NCBI GenBank assembly: GCA_027324805.1
Contig: DAHVRZ010000001.1
Location: 66,945 to 130,944, forward strand
Direction: 5' to 3'
From: Candidatus Parcubacteria bacterium
GTDB taxonomy: Bacteria; Patescibacteriota; Minisyncoccia; UBA6257; 2-01-FULL-56-20
Length of the DNA stretch: 64,000 nucleotides
This document shows positions 58,662-64,000 of the stretch, piece by piece. Position 1 is the first letter of the stretch. Every line of letters starts with the position of its first letter. The notes beneath the pieces were generated by a model. The model worked only from the letters and a program-made list of their open reading frames with translations. It was not told the origin of the DNA and searched no databases. A program made the position numbers and the translations under genes.

Positions 58662-59102
58662 ATGATTAAGAAATTCATCGATCGGGTCCCGGGGATATTG
58701 CTCACCGTAATGCTAGCCGTTTCGGGCGGATTGTTCGCCGTGTACAGTCTCAATGTCGCGGATGCACAATCGTCGCCGGTCTACGACAAGGCAAGCCTTA
58801 TGGCGTTTCTTTGCAATATCATCTCCTGGATGATCATGATTTTGTTCGCGGTTGCGATTATCATGATCGTCATGGCAGCGTTCCAGTACGTTACCGCCGG
58901 AGATGACACTGAAAAAACCTCGAAAGCAAGGAGAACGCTCACTTATTCGGCAATCGGTATCGCGGTGGCCCTCATTGCATACGGATTCCCTGCCATCGTA
59001 TCGAGCGTGATCCCCGGAAGTCCCTCAGTGAGTGCGTTCAATTGCTCGGTTTCGACCGGCAGCAGTTCCGGCGGAAGCAGCTCGGGTCTTGTCTCCACGT
59101 GA
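58662..59102 (+). CDS. VirB2/TrbC-like T4SS pilin-family protein
   Basis: Core motif ...AVAIIMIVMAAFQYVTAGDDTEKTSKARRTLTYSAIGIAVALIAYG. The ORF-track start at 58590 is probably too long. Confidence 0.6.
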   Translation: MIKKFIDRVPGILLTVMLAVSGGLFAVYSLNVADAQSSPVYDKASLMAFLCNIISWMIMILFAVAIIMIVMAAFQYVTAGDDTEKTSKARRTLTYSAIGIAVALIAYGFPAIVSSVIPGSPSVSAFNCSVSTGSSSGGSSSGLVST

Positions 59103-59172
59103 TTTTGCTAGGAGAATCGGTTCATGGTAGCCTTATGAAGTAACTTCGAAAGGTCGATATCCTTTTATCCTT

Positions 59173-59568
59173 ATGAACAAAGTAATCAACTTTGCGAAGA
59201 AGATCGGTCCGACGGCGATATCGTTCGTGGTTCCGGCGCTCGCGTTCGCGCAGGGCATTCAGGCTCCGGCGCCCGGCGTTGGTGCGGGCAACGTCCCTAC
59301 GGCCAACATCACGAGCCTTCAGTCGATCCTGAACGACCTCTGTATCGTGTTTGCGTGGGCGTTCTACTTCCTTATCGTCGTTGCCATCATCTTCGTTATC
59401 GTCGCGGCATTCAAGTACCTTACTGCCGGTGGTGAACCCGAGAAGGTGAAGAGCGCGGGTGCAACCCTCCTTTATGCTGCGGTTGCGATCGGTGTTGCGC
59501 TTCTCGCGAAAGCCATTCCGCTCGTTGTCGGCAACTTCCTCGGTGCCGGAACGGTCACGTCCTGCTAG
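59173..59568 (+). CDS. VirB2/TrbC-like T4SS pilin-family protein
   Basis: Signal peptide MNKVINFAKKIGPTAISFVVPALAFAQG. Core motif ...VIVAAFKYLTAGGEPEKVKSAGATLLYAAVAIGVALLA. Confidence 0.65.
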   Translation: MNKVINFAKKIGPTAISFVVPALAFAQGIQAPAPGVGAGNVPTANITSLQSILNDLCIVFAWAFYFLIVVAIIFVIVAAFKYLTAGGEPEKVKSAGATLLYAAVAIGVALLAKAIPLVVGNFLGAGTVTSC

Positions 59569-61034
59569 GAGCAGACCGATCGTTTGGTATGAGATCCCAA
59601 TATCCCGCAGTAATGCGGGATTTTGGTTTGTTTATAAAATCGGAAACCATCCCTATATAAAAAATTCCCCGACGGCGCATGATGCGAACCGTCGGGGGTC
59701 GAATCTTTCTTTGATCCAATAAGGATATCAGAAAGTGTAAATGTTCCCGACATCTCGTCTCTCCAGTAGTAATAGAGGACGAACTTGTCGATTTGCTGCG
59801 AGGAGCCGGCACTTTCGTCAATGAACCTTGCCGTGAAGTTCACACTGGTTCCTGACGGTATGGTACCGTGCCAGTTCGTTCCGAAGCTCATGCCTCCATG
59901 CATCACGGGCGTTGCGTAACCATTGTAGTACGCCATGCCGTGTTCCTGCAGGCTGAGAACTCCGTCGCGCGCGCTGTTGTTGGTGATCGTACCGTTCACT
60001 TCGATCACCGTACCCGTCGCGCGCGAGGCGCACGCCGAGATGGTGAGTTGTCCGCTCGTACTCGACGTACAGTCGCGCCCGATCGGTGCGGGTGTGCTCG
60101 GTACCGGCGCTTGTGGGGCGTTCGATTGCGATGATCCGCTTTCTCCCGAACCCTGCGAGCTTTGGCCAGTGTCACCGCTACCGTTGTTTCCGTTACCTCC
60201 TGTTTCCGTGCCGCCGCCGCCATCCAATTGTTTCACGGATAACTTAGCGGGACCTGGTTTTGAGATATGGACCTTCGGTTGTTCTTCACTGTTGGCTCTT
60301 GCCGCGGCGAGGAGGTTATGAAAACGGAAGCCGCCTGCATAACATGCGAAGATGAACATCGTTGCAGCGGCCCAGACGGGAAATTTTTTAAGTTTCCTTC
60401 TGGTTCCCCGCGTCTTTATCCATCCCGCTTTCGTTGCCTTATAGACTTTTTTCGTCATCTGCCAGATGAAGAGGGGGGCGGCGATCAGGCAGATTCCGCC
60501 TATGCGCTTGCCGATGCGCCCCATCCGAATCCCGGCGGAGGCGCAAGCGTGTGCTGCAGCGGCGATGCCTTTCTTCGCTTTCGAGGCCGTGCTTCCAATG
60601 ACTCCCCATACTCTGCCAAACCATGACCTTTTCGGTTTGGGCGCGGCTTCCTTGCGGAAATCGCGATCCCAATCCTTTACGGGTAACGGCAGTATGACGG
60701 GGATGGCGCGCGCTTTCTGTTTTGATTGCTGCGACGAGTGGTGCTGTGCCGCTACTTTTATGCGGTTATTCCACTCCGCCATGCGCCCGTCGGGGAAAAC
60801 GATGAATGAGACTTTTCCCTTTTTGACGTAGATCTTGGATGGCACATCCGCGCCTTCCTTGATCCGGATCGTTGCGGCTACGACATATTCGTTCCTGTCG
60901 TCGCCGGCTTGGGCCTTCACGAAATCCTCAACTTCCTTCCGGGAGGTTGGGGAAGACGGGAGGTTTGCATCGGCATCCTTCTCATAACGGTTCATTGCTT
61001 CTCCTCTCTTGTTCGCGATGATATCTTTCCCCAT
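59565..61034 (-). CDS. hypothetical membrane protein with Gly/Ser-rich linker and C-terminal beta domain
   Basis: 489-aa ORF with internal TM segments (ICLIAAPLFIW, AATMFIFACYAGG) and a GGGGTETGGNGNNGSG linker. Confidence 0.5.
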   Translation of the reverse strand: MGKDIIANKRGEAMNRYEKDADANLPSSPTSRKEVEDFVKAQAGDDRNEYVVAATIRIKEGADVPSKIYVKKGKVSFIVFPDGRMAEWNNRIKVAAQHHSSQQSKQKARAIPVILPLPVKDWDRDFRKEAAPKPKRSWFGRVWGVIGSTASKAKKGIAAAAHACASAGIRMGRIGKRIGGICLIAAPLFIWQMTKKVYKATKAGWIKTRGTRRKLKKFPVWAAATMFIFACYAGGFRFHNLLAAARANSEEQPKVHISKPGPAKLSVKQLDGGGGTETGGNGNNGSGDTGQSSQGSGESGSSQSNAPQAPVPSTPAPIGRDCTSSTSGQLTISACASRATGTVIEVNGTITNNSARDGVLSLQEHGMAYYNGYATPVMHGGMSFGTNWHGTIPSGTSVNFTARFIDESAGSSQQIDKFVLYYYWRDEMSGTFTLSDILIGSKKDSTPDGSHHAPSGNFLYRDGFRFYKQTKIPHYCGILGSHTKRSVCS

Positions 61035-61159
61035 TCCCCGGAAGGGGGATATAGGCTATCTATATTAATAGCATACTTTACTGATTTTGTCAATATATCC
61101 CGGGCAAAAAGAATGGCCCCAGCGATGATCCGCTGAGGCCTAAAAATAATGCAATTGCG

Positions 61160-62002
61160 CTACTTGGTTGATTCGGTGAAATCTTCGGTGATGGTGAGGG
61201 TTCCCTGCCCTTCTATCCCGATTTTCTGTTCCCCTTTAAGGATACCGCCGAGGTTTCCATCCTGATGCGGTTCCCAGCGGATCACCTTGCTCACCTCACC
61301 ATCCTTGCCCTTTACGGCGATCCAGTCGTCCGGACCGCCGAGCGTGGACTGTATCCATGTGTGAGGAGGAAGGTAGATGGGCCCATGGATGCAGCCGGCG
61401 GCGAGCGTGATGGTCGCCGGAAGCTGCAGGTAGGTGGGTTCCGTGTTGCCGCAGGTCAGAACGCTGTATCCCTGCGGCAGGTTCTCGATCGTCGTTTTCG
61501 CGTACGCATCCTTCGCGAATATGAAGGTAAAGTATGCGATCGCGAGGACCGCTCCCCACCGGATCGCTTTATGCGTCGTTAATGCGGCGATGAAAAATAT
61601 GAGTGTGAGAAGGGCCACATAGCGGGGTTCGATGGGAACCCATGCCAGGTAAACCCCCAGGAGCATTTCGAATGTGAGGATCCCGCGCAGGACGTTGATC
61701 GCCTTGCGCGCTTCCGCCTTGCGGGCATGTGCGACGAGCGCAATCCCCACAGTTCCGAAGCCGAGAATCCTCGAATCCATCCTGAGCGTAATTTCCAGGA
61801 GGGCTACCAGCGGGACCAGTGCCACGATTGGCATGACCACGAGCGCGTTCCGGTGAGGGACCGCCATGGCGCAGACCATCATCACAATCGGCCAGCCGAT
61901 CGCTATTGCGAGGGCGATCTTGATCGCACGTCCGAGCGCGAGGGCCCCTGCGGAGGTGACGGTGTCAATTACACGAAGCAAACCTCTAAACCAGTTTCCC
62001 AT
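61160..62002 (-). CDS. polytopic membrane protein, unknown function
   Basis: ~6 TM helices. Periplasmic C-terminal segment. Confidence 0.5.
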   Translation of the reverse strand: MGNWFRGLLRVIDTVTSAGALALGRAIKIALAIAIGWPIVMMVCAMAVPHRNALVVMPIVALVPLVALLEITLRMDSRILGFGTVGIALVAHARKAEARKAINVLRGILTFEMLLGVYLAWVPIEPRYVALLTLIFFIAALTTHKAIRWGAVLAIAYFTFIFAKDAYAKTTIENLPQGYSVLTCGNTEPTYLQLPATITLAAGCIHGPIYLPPHTWIQSTLGGPDDWIAVKGKDGEVSKVIRWEPHQDGNLGGILKGEQKIGIEGQGTLTITEDFTESTK

Positions 62003-62027
62003 ATCGATTCCTTTCCTCGGCCGTTCG

Positions 62028-62741
62028 TCACTTCAGCCACTTGCTGAAGAGTCCCGGACCCAGTTTGCCGTCGAGTCTGTCGGCGGCGTTGTTGATCTGA
62101 GAAGCCTGGCGTTCAGCGGCTTCGTTGATGCGTGCCGCTTGATCGGCGATACGGTGGCCTCCTGCAACGATGCGGTCTCTGGTTGCCCTCATGAGATTGG
62201 GCATGTGCTTCTCCCATTTCTCCTGAATGAACCCGCCCGTTGCTTTGGCGTTGTCCCAAAACCACTTTACGACCTGCTGTGCGACGTCGTTGTCGAGGGT
62301 ATACATTCTATCCTCGAAATCTTTGTCGCTCAGCGAGTTCAGGTGTTTGAGGATATCCTTGCGCTTGTCGGCTTTATCCTCAAGGTCGTCGGTTGCGAGA
62401 CACAGAAGGAACACGAGATTGTGCTCCGTGAATCCTTCCTTCGCCTTGCGGAGCCGCTCCCTGAGATTCCTTGTGTCATTCGTGGTGAACGTTCCGTTCT
62501 GCCACTCTAATTCATCGAGATCGCGGAAGAGCCTCCTTCTCGCGACCTTGAACCTGTTTTTCATCTCCGTGACGAAAATTTCGACGATCGCCTGGCTGCC
62601 GCCGGTGGTCGCCGAGTCCGTCATTTTGCGAAAGAACTTCTTCAGGAGACCTTCTTCTGCTTGTGCTGCTGCAGCGGTTGCTGCGGCATTTGGTTGGACG
62701 CCAGCCATGCCTTTCACCTCGTTTCCAAGTAGATTTTTCAA
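62028..62741 (-). CDS. hypothetical protein
   Basis: 237-aa charged helical ORF with no recognisable motif. Confidence 0.5.
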   Translation of the reverse strand: MKNLLGNEVKGMAGVQPNAAATAAAAQAEEGLLKKFFRKMTDSATTGGSQAIVEIFVTEMKNRFKVARRRLFRDLDELEWQNGTFTTNDTRNLRERLRKAKEGFTEHNLVFLLCLATDDLEDKADKRKDILKHLNSLSDKDFEDRMYTLDNDVAQQVVKWFWDNAKATGGFIQEKWEKHMPNLMRATRDRIVAGGHRIADQAARINEAAERQASQINNAADRLDGKLGPGLFSKWLK

Positions 62742-62828
62742 GCTTTACTACTGTTTATATACTACAATATTATTATATACTTGTCAAATATCCCGATTTC
62801 GCTTACTATATATAGGAATTACACCCTT

Positions 62829-62909
62829 GCTGGGGTGGCGAAATGGCAGACGCACCGGCTTTAGGAGCCGGCGCCGCAAGGCGTGTGGGTTCAAGTCCCA
62901 CCCCCAGCA
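62829..62909 (+). tRNA. tRNA-Leu (anticodon UAG), long variable arm
   Basis: GCTGGGG TG GCG AAATGGCAGA CGC A CCGGC TTTAGGA GCCGG CGCCGCAAGGCGT GTGGG TTCAAGT CCCAC CCCCAGC A. A TTGTCA...TACTAT promoter lies upstream. Confidence 0.85.
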
Positions 62910-62911
62910 CC

Positions 62912-63862
62912 TTATTTTTGAGCGTTCCTGTCGTGGAACTTTTCGTGCACCTCACGAAGCTGTTTGTTCGTGAGGTGGGTGTAGATCTGCGTGGTCGCAA
63001 TGTTCGCGTGTCCGAGGAGTTCCTGCACGGAGCGAAGATCGGCGCCGTTTATGAGAAGGTCGGTCGCAAAGCTGTGGCGGAGAAGATGGGCATGGATGCG
63101 TTCGGGAATACCGGCTTCTTTCGCGCGGCGTTCGACGATGCGCTGGACGGCCCGGTGGGTGATCGGGCCGATCACTTTATCCTTCCTGTCCAAACTGACG
63201 AATAGTTTCTCTTCCGGATCTGTGCGTTTATCGAGATATGCTTTGATCGCGTCCCGTGCGCGGTCGGAGATGAAGACGACGCGCAGTTTGTCGCCTTTTC
63301 CCCGTACGGAGATCTCGCCGCGCTTCCAGTCGGCGTAGCGCGAGAGCGAACAGAGCTCGGCGAGGCGGAGACCGGTCGAAAAGAACGTCTCGAGGATCGC
63401 GCTGTCCCGCAGATCACGGAGCAAGGGGCTGCGCTTCTTTGCGGCCGCCGACGCGAGGGGTGCTTCAAGGAGCCTCACGAGGTCTTCCGGCCTGATCGTT
63501 TCGATCTGGCGCGAGCCGGCCTTCGGCAGCTCTATCTTTTCGGCGGCGAGCGTTTCCACGTCGCGCTTGCGCAGGAACTTGAGGAAGTTGCGGATCGCGA
63601 TCACATAATAGCCCTGCGTGACCTTTTTAAGCCCTTGTTCGTCGAGCGAATTGCGGAAATCGCTTACAAGGTCAATCGTGATGTTCGCGGGGGATTTTAT
63701 CTTCGTGAATGCGAGGAATTTCGAAAGGCAGCGCTCGTAATTCTCACGCGTTTTACGCGAACGGTTCTTTTCGATCGTGAGATAATTAAGGTAGGTACGA
63801 ACCCAGCGCTCGAGCTCGGTCGTTGGCGCGGATCCCTCCTCCTTTTCTTTTGTTGCGGCCAT
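62912..63862 (-). CDS. tyrosine-type site-specific recombinase (XerC/XerD family)
   Basis: Catalytic region HLLRHSFATDLLINGADLRSVQELLGHANIATTQIYTHL (R..H-R-H..Y). N-terminal core-binding domain. The stop is 3 nt from the tRNA-Leu 3' end. Confidence 0.85.
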   Translation of the reverse strand: MAATKEKEEGSAPTTELERWVRTYLNYLTIEKNRSRKTRENYERCLSKFLAFTKIKSPANITIDLVSDFRNSLDEQGLKKVTQGYYVIAIRNFLKFLRKRDVETLAAEKIELPKAGSRQIETIRPEDLVRLLEAPLASAAAKKRSPLLRDLRDSAILETFFSTGLRLAELCSLSRYADWKRGEISVRGKGDKLRVVFISDRARDAIKAYLDKRTDPEEKLFVSLDRKDKVIGPITHRAVQRIVERRAKEAGIPERIHAHLLRHSFATDLLINGADLRSVQELLGHANIATTQIYTHLTNKQLREVHEKFHDRNAQK

Positions 63863-64000
63863 ACGACCATTATACCTCTATCTGTCGCACAATGTTCTAT
63901 GGTGCTGCTTATATCCCCGGCGTTTCGGGAAGGTCCCTTGCTAAATTTTCGATAATGAGTTATCATATCATCAATGCTTACCAAAAGAGTAAAATCCCGC

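Noticed and set aside
1-64000. rRNA genes, transposases/IS elements, restriction-modification or toxin-antitoxin modules
   Set aside because: No rRNA-like sequence and no transposase, methyltransferase (other than KsgA) or recognisable TA pair was seen on reading all ORFs.

Overview
This 64 kb chromosomal segment most likely comes from a CPR/Patescibacteria-like bacterium; that assignment is inferred from the gene content, not from any database search.

Why it looks like that lineage: genes are tightly packed; many large secreted proteins carry Ser/Gly/Thr-rich linkers; there is a lamin-tail-domain protein, PAP2 phosphatases, and a ComM plus PilB/GspE-type pilus or competence ATPase.

Housekeeping content:
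- The replication-origin neighbourhood is present: rpmH / rnpA-yidC-jag on one strand and dnaA-dnaN on the other, with DnaA boxes in both flanking intergenic regions.
- Other core genes seen: ruvB, yebC-ruvC, a class A PBP, ksgA, pcrA/uvrD, nusA, an H+-pyrophosphatase, clpP, ftsH, glyA, folD, rpsA, gyrA, and a partial tsaE at the left edge.
- Eight tRNAs are encoded: Gly-UCC, Ile-UAU (unusual), His, Val, Pro, Arg-UCU, Phe, Leu-UAG.

The most interesting content is a divergent type IV secretion-like system, Gram-positive/CPR style. It occupies two loci: a 10-gene minus-strand operon at 13.0-25.2 kb and a pilin island at 56.2-59.6 kb.
- The 10-gene operon includes a VirB4-like ATPase, a VirB3/PrgI-like protein, a VirB6-like polytopic protein, a VirB2-like pilin and large surface proteins.
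- The pilin island carries four more VirB2-like pilin paralogues, one of them fused to a lytic-transglycosylase (SLT-like) domain.
- The island lies next to tRNA-Leu and a tyrosine recombinase.
- A roughly 230 bp near-identical inverted duplication links a pilin gene in each locus.

Other structure not explained by the coding genes: a 36-nt motif repeated on both sides of a DUF805 gene, two structured RNA candidates with their own intrinsic terminators (one of them with its own promoter), 22-bp tandem repeats upstream of yraN, a tiny poly-Asp protein in its own transcription unit, and an orphan PAPS-reductase-like gene.

No CRISPR array, rRNA or transposase was seen. All protein assignments rest on motif recognition by eye; no searches were run.
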